Assembly: GCA_013239625.1 (NCBI GenBank)
Contig: MU054187.1
Coordinates: 10,251,231-10,315,230, forward strand
Reading direction: 5' to 3'
DNA: 64,000 bases
Source of the DNA: Lama guanicoe
Lineage: Eukaryota
Part shown: positions 51,600-62,820 of the stretch, piece by piece
How positions within the stretch are numbered: the stretch's first letter is position 1
Layout of the letters: every line of letters starts with the position of its first letter
The notes under the pieces: model-generated
Told to the model about the DNA's origin: nothing
What the model saw: the letters and a program-made list of their open reading frames with translations, nothing else
Database searches by the model: none
Made by a program: the position numbers and the translations under genes

Positions 51600-52160
51600 A
51601 GACCATGGCTTTCTTCAAAACCAGCAAAGGGTCCCCTTTTGGTTTCAGGATGCAATTCAGATTCCTTGTCCGGCATGCAAGATCCTCCTCTATCTGATCT
51701 CCACTCATCTTTCCAAAACTGGCTTTTTACTATTCCAGCCAGGCTGAACTCAACAGGTCCCCAACATTACTTGTGCATCCCAGTCCCTTTGCCTTGTTAT
51801 ATTATCCCCACAAGGAACATTTTCCTTTATGTCTATTCAAATTCTACCCATTTTCAAGAAATAGTTTAAAGTCTCACTTCCTTTATGGATCCTTTAAGAC
51901 CCCAGGCTGCCTATCAAGACAGTAATTTTGTAAGTAACTTAACACTTTTCCCATGTAACCTAACAGCTGTTTAGAACAAAGCTCAAAAGTTCAGGTACTT
52001 TTCATTCTTAAAAATGAATTTTTGATAGGCAATTCTGGTTTTCCCTCACTAGATGAGATAGTTCTTGACATCAGAAGCTTGTCTTACACATCATTCCCCT
52101 CAGACATAAGCTCATCACTGTCACATGTCTCGTAGGAGCTTGCAGGGAATATGTGAATAC
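51600..52160 (+). mobile_element. L2 3' region (right part)
   Basis: 'caagatcctcctctatctgatctcc...ttccagcc...cactagatgagatagttcttga...tgtgaat'. Confidence 0.5.
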
Positions 52161-52519
52161 ATATTCAAATGTGGGATATATTTAAAGGACAACAAAATGC
52201 CAATGAATACAAACTTGAGACGGCAAATACAACTGTATCACGTGGTTAGTTTGGTACAAGTTTATCCACAATGTATCTGTTGTATCAGTCACTTTTTCAT
52301 AAACAGAATAATTAAGGATGATTCACTGGTCTAACTAAACCATATTCCCTGTTCATTAACTTGAAAATTACATTCTGATAACTGCAAGCACTTGTCCCTT
52401 CTTTTTTCTTGTGGCTTAATACAAAAAGGAATCTTACAAAAACAAAGAAAACAGGAGGAAATTCACATACAAACCAAATACTTGTCTCAAGTGTTTAGAA
52501 ATAAAACGCGCTGGCCTCC

Positions 52520-52972
52520 TACACCTTCACACAGAGTCCACATTACAGGTGGACGCAAGTGCACAGCCCTATGCCTGCGCCTGGGATCAGTCGGCTCCTC
52601 AGCATCCTTGCTTTGCACTCCCTTTTTGCCACACTACAGACCAGGTTTTTCACCTGCTGACATCTAGGTGGCCTTGGGTGACCAGTCTGGTCAATGGCAT
52701 GCAGGTAGAAGTGAAATGTGCCTCTTTCAGACTTGGCCCCTGGAACTTCCCTTGAAATCCTCTTTCACCTCTCTTCCCCCATTTGCTGAAGGGTGCAGAG
52801 GGGCTGCTACAAAATTCTGAGGTCTGAGAGGATGACAGAAAGGACAAAAAGAGCTTGGACCCCTGAGTGACTCTGGCACAGAGCACCCTCAGCCCCCATC
52901 TGTGTCATGAGCAACAAACAAATAAACCTTCAGTGCCCCTCGTATATGTCTCTGCTGGGATGGTTTGTGATA
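52520..52972 (+). mobile_element. MaLR LTR (MLT1J-like)
   Basis: 'gtgaccagtctggtcaatggcatgcaggtagaagtgaaatgtgcc', 'gagcttggacccctgagtgac' and 'aaataaacctt'. Confidence 0.7.
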
Positions 52973-54583
52973 TTTAAATTCAAGATAGAAACATCGCTGT
53001 TAAATGCTTTACCAAGTTACTTCACAGACTTATATTTTTAAACGTATCTGATGTTTTATCTACACAGCACTCTGAAATGCTGAACAGGCTCCAGGAAACT
53101 GGCTTTCAGTGAAAATACCTAAGTGTCAGTACAGGCCCATTTTACAAGGAAAATATTACCTGCAGGGACCGAAACACGAACTGATAAATTAAAACGAAGC
53201 CCCAAACCTTTGGCAGCAACTCCAAAGCTTTTTTGGCTGATAGAGAATAATCCCCTTAGGAACTATGCTGGAGCTGTTTAATTAACACATCATCTTTCTG
53301 TCCTAGCAAATGCCTGGGCAGAAACAAAATGCAGATTTAGAGAACAAGAGAGTGGTGAGACCTGAGTGTGATGAAGGGATATTTCACTTGTTAAAGTGTG
53401 AACTGTGTGCTGGCAGCTGCTTGAAAATATAATGTATTTTCATAGGTCTAACATAATGCGTTTCACCACTGTACCATTGTTATTGAAACTGTTCTGTAAA
53501 GTATTTTAGCGATGAATAGTAAACATTTTTTTCCCTATTAAGATTTTTAACAGTGAAACTTATCTTTCTTGCTGTAACTTATTATGAATCCATCATGTAT
53601 TCCTTAGCTATACTATTTCAAGAGTTGGCATGCTAGGCTATTTTTCATGAAAGCAGGTGTCACACAGAACGCCGACCCTACACTGATGGGTTTATTAAGT
53701 AGCGACAGGTCCTATTAGTGGGAAGTTTGTGTACTTCTCCACCGTTAAATCACAGGTTTCCATTAAGGTGTTGACCTCTTTGATTCAAACTGTGGCACAG
53801 ATAATCAGTGCAAATTCATACTCAAAGTAGTTCTGTGATGTAACCTTTATTAGTGATAATATGCTGGTGGTGTAAAAGTAGGTATATATTTACCAAGAAT
53901 CATACCAGTTAGTCTAGATCCATAAGCCCAGGGCACAGAGGACCCCGGTAAGGGGCTAGTTCACAGAAGCAGGAGTGGAAACCTGAGTAAAAATGTCAAG
54001 GATGACTGAACACCATCATTTTGTCCATCTCTCATTATGGAGGCTGATGGCTGCCAACAGTGTCAGCACACTGGCGACTGTGAAAAGACTGGCCCCAAAC
54101 GAGCAAAGAGCTGTGAAATGAAACTCCTTCTATTTCCCATCAGCATTTGTAAATTGTGTGCCCCAGGATTACTTTTTTCTATAGCATTATCTCGGGGAAT
54201 AAATGATGGGATAGTCAGACCTATTGCTAGAGTTCCCCTTCATGCCTCCCACCACCCCCTGTACATCTTTGGTAAAACCAGCAAACTTAATTAGGGCCAT
54301 TTTTAACCTCCTAGTTTATAAACTATCAGGAGAAATAGGACACTCACAGAATGTGGAAGGTACCATGGTGGACTCAGGACCTCTGGTTTACTCCTGGAAT
54401 TAGTGACAGTTGGGCAAAGGGGCCTGGCACATTGCAAGTCATCAAAATTACCTGTTGAATGGATGAGTTCCTGTTCTAGAGAACTTTGAAAAAAGATCTT
54501 CAAAAGGTTTGTTCCCCAAAGACCTGTTTGAAAGCAGTTCTAGAACAGCCTATAGGGACCTTACTCTGGGCTGTTCTCTCGAA

Positions 54584-54745
54584 CAGTGCTTCCTAAACAT
54601 CATGGCACACATAGAAAATGATAAAAGTTGAATGGGACACTTGAGTCAGCTGAGGAATTTGTTTCCTCATCTGGGTGAGGTGGAAGTGACAGGCAACCTG
54701 AGGGTTGATAAGACTGATTTCTCGGCACATATTTTGGAAGCTCTG
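54584..54745. mobile_element. Short hAT-Charlie-type MITE
   Basis: Inverted termini cagtgcttcctaa (54584) and ttggaagctctg (to 54745). Confidence 0.5.
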
Positions 54746-54789
54746 TTCCAGGAAATGAATGAGGGGTCTAGGATCTATTAAGTGTTAAT

Positions 54790-54897
54790 AACAATAACAG
54801 GAAGAGCTGTCATTCATCGAGCACTTACCACGTGCCAGCCACCGCACCCAGCGCATTGTGTACACTACTCTTCTTTATCCTCAGAATAATCCTGTGG
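54790..54897 (-). mobile_element. MIR SINE fragment
   Basis: 'cattcatcgagcacttaccacgtgccag...tcctcagaataatcctgtg'. Confidence 0.7.
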
Positions 54898-54899
54898 AC

Positions 54900-55330
54900 T
54901 CCACTTTTGCTAATGACATCATGAGAGGCTCAGATTATTCTCCACAGAAAATGACTATGCACTGGACAAAATTATTAATGACAATCATTTCAGGGCACTG
55001 GAGAACCAAAGGTAGGCAACAACTTGAGAAGTGTTTACTCACAAGAAACTGCTACTGTGTTGAGTAAGAGATATGAGTTGGCAGGTTTTTTTTTTTCCTC
55101 TCATGGGCAGGAGTGTCTGGGAGTATTCCTGTCCTCCACCAACTGCCTAATGTGGGCAGCGAAAATCGTCAAGTTTATAAGCTGGTGGAGACAGACTCAG
55201 CCAGAAGCAGTTGGCAAAGCAGCTAAAAACTTGAGAGATTTTGGATGTGAGAGAACAACAGAAAAGCTGATAGAATAAACTTTCCTGGCTGACTGCTGAA
55301 CAGAGAAAACAAGGCCCTTGAGGAGGAGTA
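54900..55330 (+). mobile_element. Probable ancient L1M 5' UTR fragment
   Basis: 'actggacaaaatt...caatcatttcagggcactggag...acttgagaagtgtttact' resembles old L1M 5' ends. Confidence 0.4.
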
Positions 55331-55369
55331 ACATTCTGCCTTTGCCACTTAACACCCAGAAGACCTTAC

Positions 55370-55520
55370 ACAAGCCATTCAACTTTTCAGCTTTAGTTCC
55401 TTGATCTATGAAAATGACTTAAAAACATATAACTTCCCTTATTGAGTTGTTTTGGGTTTGAATGAGATAAATGACATAAAGGACCAAACACTTTTAGTAG
55501 AGCCTCAATAAAAGTAAGTT
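55370..55520 (+). mobile_element. MIR fragment
   Basis: 'caagccattcaacttttcagctttagttccttgatctatgaaaatg...gagttgttttggg...aatgagataa'. Confidence 0.55.
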
Positions 55521-56184
55521 CCCTTCTCTTTTCTCTTGAGGGAAGAAATCCCTGTATAATCAGAAGAAGGATTTAGATCACTTTAAAAAATGTTCTCTAC
55601 TGAGCAACAGTAAATTGGAATTTTCATCAGGACCCCTCTTGGCATCAGAGTTAGGTGGCCCTCAAATTCTACCCAGGATCTTGCAGTTATGGAAAAAAAT
55701 ATACATAAAACTCATTTTACTGTACAATTCTTTCCTTTCCTTGCTTCATTTCTATGAAGTCTGGCAATATAAAGCTACCAACACTTTGCGTAAGTTTCAA
55801 TAAAAATCAAGATGAATTATGTATATGTGTGTGTAACTTACACGTACATGAAAGAACTCACATTAGTTGAACCACTTTTTTTTTGGCAGGAAGTAACCAA
55901 ATGTTTGGAACTATATACTAAGATGGAATCCTAAATGACAATTTCAGAAATACCAGCTGTTCATCTGTTCATTCTATTAGGTTCAGCAAAGGGTACAGCC
56001 TGGTAGAAGTCACTAAATGGAAAATCTCATAAGTTCACAAAGAGCCCAAAGTATTTTATTATTTAATATTATTTAGCTAGATAGTAAGGAATGCTTTCTC
56101 TCTTCATTATATGTATCCATAGTGGGGGGTTCCCACGCCCCCCCCCTCCATGGACGCACAAACATGTACGTGTACATAAAAACA

Positions 56185-56335
56185 ACTGAGGTGTTAAACT
56201 GCAGACAGCCAAGACCCCCACACCAGAAATTATGATTTCACAGGACAGAGGTAGGGCCCAGTAATGAGTATATTTTTTTAAAAAACAAATAACTTTAGGT
56301 GATTCTGGTGCAGGTCATTCTGAACCATACTTAAA
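56185..56335. mobile_element. MER5-type hAT-Charlie fragment
   Basis: 'cccacaccagaaattatgatttca...gtagggcccag...tttttaa...aggtgattctggtgcagg'. Confidence 0.65.
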
Positions 56336-57081
56336 TCCGACTTATTTCTCAAGGTCTTTCTCCCTCAGGAAAAGTTTTCATGATAATTCTAGTTCAGGAT
56401 TCCACCACACTGTCCTCTTTGGCATCTTAATTGATGTAATTCTATACTTGATATTAGTATCAATTAGCACATATCAATCTGTTTCTTTATTCTGTGTCAG
56501 TACTGAATAATTAACTATTTTCTTGCTTTACTCCCTGTTTCAGGTATAGTTCTCCTCACTCTAACTTATAAGATCCCTGAGATAGGTGTGTATTTTTTAA
56601 GTTCTTTGCATCACACAGGGCCTCTGCGATGATGGATACTGGGTAGCAAAGGCACTGATATGCAGGCTGTTTCAGCTAAGTGATTATCACGGTGGAACTA
56701 GTTGGGAAGGGCAAGAATGGTGCCCAGAGGTTCTACAGGTCCAGTTCCTTTTTGTTTCCTGAATATGGCTTCAAATAAGTTTCCAGAGGAAACCATACAC
56801 TTGAATGACCAGAAGCCCATGGCAGGTCACTCCACATAAGCAAACAATGCCAACTGCTATATTTTAACAATAAAAAGAGAAAGATGTGGAACCATGGCGT
56901 GGTACCCACTGCCATGCTGCTACAGTAACTTTTCCCAAATGCTGTGTCACTCTGGCTTCTGGGCACTTGTACCCAGATGAAGGTAATAAGAAAGGGGTTA
57001 ACTAGAAAAACAGACAAGTTAATTAATTCACTAACTAATTAACAATTTTCAGTCCAAGTAGGCTTGTGCCTGAAAAATTGA

Positions 57082-57240
57082 AGCAATGTTTACTGAGATG
57101 GATGAGCTTCCAAGAGTAGAGAATCCTTAAAAATTGTATGTAAAATTTTGTGTCTGTTTCCATTTTGTAGGACCACGTATATAATATTCATCAGAATCAT
57201 AAAAGGATTCACAACTCAAAAGAAGTTTATCACTCTCTGG
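57082..57240. mobile_element. hAT-Charlie MITE (MER103-like)
   Basis: 'atggatgagcttc...aaattgtatgtaaaattttgtgt...ttcatcagaatcataaaagg...caaaagaagtt'. Confidence 0.5.
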
Positions 57241-58199
57241 TATAAAGATTTTACTTTAGCTAATACATGAAGTTTTCAAAACAAGGGATTTTCTTATGTA
57301 TTTCTCCAAATGACTTTTTTTTTTAAAGTTAATTTTAAGCACTCTAATATAGTAGTTCTAAGAGAGGCACTATGTACAGATCTGAAGCTGTAATGTCTTT
57401 GTTGGTCTCTGGAGCCAGATATTTATATAGTTACCGAAAAAGGCTTACTGAATAAACTTGGTTACAAAGTTAAATAACACACATTCTTTTAGTTTTATAA
57501 ATATCCGGGAGTTTATAAACTCTGAAAGAAAAACCCACCATTTCTGGTAATTAACCTCAAACTGTATTTGCTAAGCTAAAACAAACCATTGTTCTCAATC
57601 AATAGAGCCATTTTCTCCAGCAATCGCTGGGCGGTATTTCCCGGAGGATGGAAGTCTCTGCAATGCTGAGGTGAGCGAAACGCTTGCAAGTCACTGGATG
57701 TTGTAATTCTTTTGATACTTTTTTTCAGAGACAAAGGAATCATTAGATCTACAATTCCAAGGTTTAAGACAATGTGGTCAACAAATGTACGGGTGCAGTG
57801 GAGTAGTTTTGCCCTAAGGATGACTTTTTGCATGGGTCTTCTGCCTTCAACTTCCTGGTGATTTTGGTTGGGGTTTGCACTAAGCATATTTTTACACTAT
57901 AAAACATCAACAACTAACTGCATTAACAACAAACCAAAAAAGGAAAATAATTTTGCTTCAAGGGAGTTGCATTTTATGGGAAGTCATTATCTGGGAAGAA
58001 AAATATTCCAGAACTAGCAGATGAATTTTGGTGGCACCAGTAAAAACGTGTTAATATTCAAATGCAAAATTCTGATCACCCCTCCCTACTAATCACAGAT
58101 TTGTGATAACTCCTTCTTCTCCAACTAACCTTCTTTATGCCAGGAGCAGTTATTTCTTCACGTAAGAACAGAGCATATCTCAGGCTAATCTCAGAGGAA

Positions 58200-58512
58200 A
58201 CATGGCACAGTGGAGAGAGGATAGACTTTGAATTAAACAGTCAGTCATTTATTCCTCACTCATATATTCATTGTGGGCCCATTTGGTGCTAAGGAATAAA
58301 TTAGGAAAATCAGGGACACAGTCCATGCTGCCTGGAATTTAACAGCTTCCATTCTGAGGATGCTGGTGAGCACTTAAATACTAAGTATTTACTTTACTGG
58401 GCCTCAGTTACCCCATCTGTCAAAGGGGATAGTATCCCGCATTTCTCAGAGCATTGTGAGAGTATGTATGAAGAAGTATCTGGTTTAATATCTCACAAAC
58501 AGGTAATATTTA
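58200..58512 (+). mobile_element. MIR SINE interrupted by an antisense L2 3' fragment (~58241-58345)
   Basis: MIR start 'catggcacagtggagagagg...gactttg' and MIR core 'gggcctcagttaccccatctgtcaaaggggatag', with an intervening L2-like tract 'tcatttattcctcactcatatattcattg'. Confidence 0.55.
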
Positions 58513-59939
58513 AATCTGAACTATTAAACAGCTACTTCTTATCTTGAAGGGATAGACCAGCCCTGACTGAAACCGTGGCAGATCAGAGAACACGATTCAA
58601 ACAACAAAGGATGCAACCGCCCTGTGTGATGGTTTCATGAAAGTGTTTACCGCCTAAGGATTATTTTATTTTGTTAAACTGCATCCAACCCCCCTACACG
58701 TAGCAAGAGAAATGCAAAAACACTGGAGGGTTTAAACAGATCAAAACTTCAACCTAGGAATGTGTGAAACTGTGGCTAGAACCAAATTCAAAGGCGGCAA
58801 GCGAGAGAAGTCTCCTTTATTGAAGTTTTTCCTGGGAAGAACTGTAACTCCCTGTTCAGAGCAGAATGTTTTTACTTCTGCATCAGACGCTGAGCTGAAA
58901 CTGAAGACCTAGTTCAGTGGCTCCCAATCTTCTTTGGCTTTTAAACACTTCTTTTCTTCCTCTTTCATGAACCCCAGGTTTGGAAAGATCGTGTCTGCAG
59001 GGCATGTGAGAGTGCAGGCACGCGGAAAACCCTGCATTGAGCGTTTGCTGTTGTCACTACACTGGGTTTACTTAATAACGTCTCCATTGTTCAATAAAGA
59101 ATATTTTATATAACAAATATTTCTCATCATGAGGACATAAGGAGCATTATCACATCACATTAATACCATTTTTTTGCCAAAAATCAAAGGAACTCAAGGT
59201 CCTAAGGATCTTGCACAGCTTTATCGTGGTAAATAAATGAAAGCCTTTAGGAAATACTGGAGTACTTGAATGTCCAGAAGCCCTGTCTTTACCTTTTTGG
59301 GTGTAGGGAACCCAAGTTTAGAACCATTGGGTTTATTTTCAAGGACCCTTTTCTTTCTTTTTTTCCTTTTAAAAACCCTCGGCTCACCCGAGGGCCAGTG
59401 AAAATTTATTTATTTTTTTGTCCTTGCCATCTTTCCCCAAGTGACTTTTCCTTGCAAAATGCCTGACATGACACCAGAGGACCAACTTGAGAGTTGAGGG
59501 GGACCCCATGGGGCTGCCCAGGGACAAATACAAGCTGGAGGGCAGGGCACAGGGGGGACAGGTAAGAGGCAGCACAGGGACATGGCTTCTCAGGTAGAGA
59601 CCAAAGGTTTGTTTCCTTCAGGAATAAGCTGTGTCAGGGGGCAGGGGGCGGGGATCCCGGGTGTGAGGGGTAGGTGGAGAGGCCCTCCAACCCTGGGCTG
59701 CACCCACATTCCCAGAGAAGTAGTGACAGGGGATGAGGATCTGCCCTCACAGACTCCAAGGGACGGAAGCCGGGACTAAGCCAGGTATCCTTTCCTTTCT
59801 GAAAAACATTTTCAGTAGTCTCATAAGAACCATGAGTTAAAGAGATGTCGTCATTTGATCATTACTGGTGCCTTAATAATAATAAAAATAATGAATGAAT
59901 GCTCCCTATCGCGGAGACTTTTTGGAGCCTGGTCCACAG

Positions 59940-60269
59940 ACATCCTCATCTCGACAGCTTGACCAGAGGGCCGGGCCCCAGGCATTTGGTTTGAATTACC
60001 TGAAACTGTGTCCCTGACCTTGGCTGGCTAGAACATGGCTGGACAGACACCCAATTCTTTCTGCTTAGAATTTGGGATTTTAACTGTGATACATAGAGAC
60101 TGCAAACAAAGATCAGAAGAACACAGAGCTCTTAGAGAAAGGTCCATGATCATGCCTTGAGGTCCCCAGAGCCCTGCCCGAAACCTTGCAACAAATTTCC
60201 CATTTTGGTCTAAAGTGGCTCAAGTTGGCTTCTGTTACTTTCAAACAATAAACCCTTACCCAATACACA
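59940..60269 (+). mobile_element. ERVL LTR (LTR16-like)
   Basis: 3' end 'caaatttcccattttggtctaaagtggctcaagttggcttctgttactttcaaac...aatacaca'. Confidence 0.55.
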
Positions 60270-62202
60270 ATATAAATGCTAATTTGTGAGAAAACCCAGA
60301 CTATCTATGATAAATAATACTTAAAATATCAGATTCATCAGGGCTTCTATGGAGAGTTTGAAGCAAACTTATTATAAGTACCAGCATCACTTCCAGGGCC
60401 CCAGGATACAGGAGCAGGGGCTGTGCGGGGCTGGTGAGCACACAGAGATTAAACCGATTTGTGGAATTGGACCCCATCTCTCCGCCTAAGTGCCTATTTG
60501 CATTAGCTCATTGACACAAGCCTAAGAAGGCTCCAAGTTTTTAGTGGGGTGGGATCCAAACCCTGTAGCCATCAGTAGTGCGTGTGTTTGCATGACCGTA
60601 TGCCCACACACACGCACAAATCTGAAAGATAAGGAGATGCCTTTCTTAAGCCATTTCTCAAAGAGGGATGTCAGACCCCTGGGGGAGAGATTCAGGAGAA
60701 AGGGAGAGGGTGTCTGATGAGCCAGTGAGCAGTGAGTCTTGAACAGTAGGTGGGAAGGGGTGGCTTGAGTGAAAGAGTCTGGTAGCACCCCAGTCAACAC
60801 CCTGGTGGCATGGTCTCCCCAAGGCAGCGTGGTGGACAGACTCACAAAGCTGTGTAATACTTTGGAGTCCAAGCTGACCTGCACCGTGACAGATCCCAGA
60901 TTCTCCTAAGAGGCAGGGTCCCTCTCTCTCCCCCAGCCCCTCTGTCCCACACCCAGTTCCTCTGGCCTGGGGAGTGTGCGGCAACCCACCTATATGCACA
61001 CTTGGGCTACTACATGTAGTTGCCGTGAAGGAAGTGAATCCCAGCTGGAGCTGCGTGGAGATGGCTCAGGGGCAGGGAACAGGGTCATTCCAGGGCCAAG
61101 GCAGGGACGCAGGGGAGCAGAGCTCCCTCGCCCAGGCCTTGGCACAACTTGGGTAGAGAGAACCAGTGCAGCTGGACAATTGAGGCTTCAACCTTATGTT
61201 CTGAAGGGTCTGGCAGCATCGGGAGAGCCACCATCCAATTTGCAGGCACACATTTACACCCTGAGCAGACAGCCAGCTCTCTGGGCAGCAGCAGGAAGAA
61301 TTTCATCCGGGACTGCAATCAGCAAAGTGCGTGAATCAGCGAGGCTTCCCATGCTGCTCTGAGCACAGAGACACGCAAGCACATTGCAGTTGTCTGTGGA
61401 TTAGTATCTTGTACACAAGAAGCAAGATAAAGACCCACGAAGATCTGTTTTGTGCAGCTTAAACTGGGAGCATGAATCCTCACGAGGGCTTTCGAGTTCC
61501 TTCTAGAAGGCCAGAGAGAGGACCCACACTTATGGTCACTGACATGGAGATATAGGAAGTCAGAAAGCCTTCTCCCACAAAAGTAAAACTCACTTAAATA
61601 GACAAAAGATCGCTACCTGACATTTTGTCCTGGTAAAGGAATAAACTCTGAAGGGAGAGAAGTGGATTAAGTGGCCTGCCTTCACGGAATTCTTAGCCAT
61701 GTCGTTTCCTCATTTCAAGTTTTTATGGGGGACCCTTACAAGTCATTTACTCCTCATGACTCTGCTTTTCAAAAAAGAAGAGGGAAGGAAATCTTCCCTG
61801 CTCCAGTGGTTAAGCTAGGTGGGACCAAACACGCACATTCTGGGTGACAAGAGGCAGACCATTCAGTGCCCTGGGAAGTTTACAGGCAGCCTTGGAGTAG
61901 ATCATCCAGTGTGGCTAAGCCACCCAGACTTCTAACTGCAGTTTCCATCATAGGCATTTGACACAATGAGCATTTCTAAAGTGCTTTCCAGTCTCCAAAT
62001 GGTTTTATTCAGTTTTTCTTTAATTCTAAGAGAAGATTGATTTTACTATATACTGGCTAGTGGAAGGCTACTTTAGTTTTCTATATTAAATTAACTTCTG
62101 TATATATTTCTGACTCATAGCTGCCTTCAGTTGCTTTTGTGTATTTACTTTCTGCTCCTCTCAGCACAGGGACTAAGCTGAAGTTCAGGTGCTCTGATTT
62201 TT

Positions 62203-62265
62203 CATTTTTTTTACATTTTTTTATTGAGTTACAGTCATTTTACAATGTTGTGTCAAATTCCAGTA
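62203..62265 (-). mobile_element. 63-bp ultra-truncated young L1 with perfect 18-bp TSD
   Basis: TSD tcaggtgctctgattttt at 62185-62202 and 62266-62283. The insert is a T-rich tail plus the L1 3' terminus 'attgagttacagtcattttacaatgttgtgtcaaattccagt'. Confidence 0.9.
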
Positions 62266-62820
62266 TCAGGTGCTCTGATTTTTACACGCTAGCCACACAT
62301 CAATTTAATCTTGATGGTTTTACACAAGTTCCAAATTCAAATAATTGTAATTTCAAAATTTTAAAAATCTCAAGTCTAAAATTTTTATTTAGGAATGGAG
62401 TTCTTTAGAAGGTTGTCATTTAAATATTCAAAATATCCTTAAGCTTGAATTCTGACCACAAATACATCTGCTTATTATACGCAAATAAGATACATCATGG
62501 CAGGTCCTGGGGCGTGCAGGTTGACCATGACCTCTTCACTCTAAAGATATACAGAATTATACCACGGATGGAAGGTGGAATATCGGGCATATGCAAAAAC
62601 AGAAGGGAAAGTGAGAGCAGAATTTTGATAGTGAGACAAAAAAAGAAGCAGGTGTCTTCAGGTAGTGACAACTCCCAAAAGATCTTGAGAGTATCTTTTC
62701 TTAGTCTAAACCAGAGTCTTAACCCCAAATGTGGCATCAATCCCAGTTAATGGTTTTGTTTTTTCAGTATTACAATATCCTTTACTTATGTAGCAGAAAT
62801 AGAGTGTATGGAAATTTTTT

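Noticed and set aside
57222..57240. + strand gaagtttatcactctctg translates as EVYHSL, like a later CPA6 exon
   Set aside because: Wrong strand and position, no extension or splice sites, and it lies at the end of a hAT MITE; a chance match.
60495..60510. Octamer ATTTGCAT as an Oct-Sox composite or snRNA element
   Set aside because: Isolated 8-mer without a correctly spaced SOX site or an adjacent snRNA gene.
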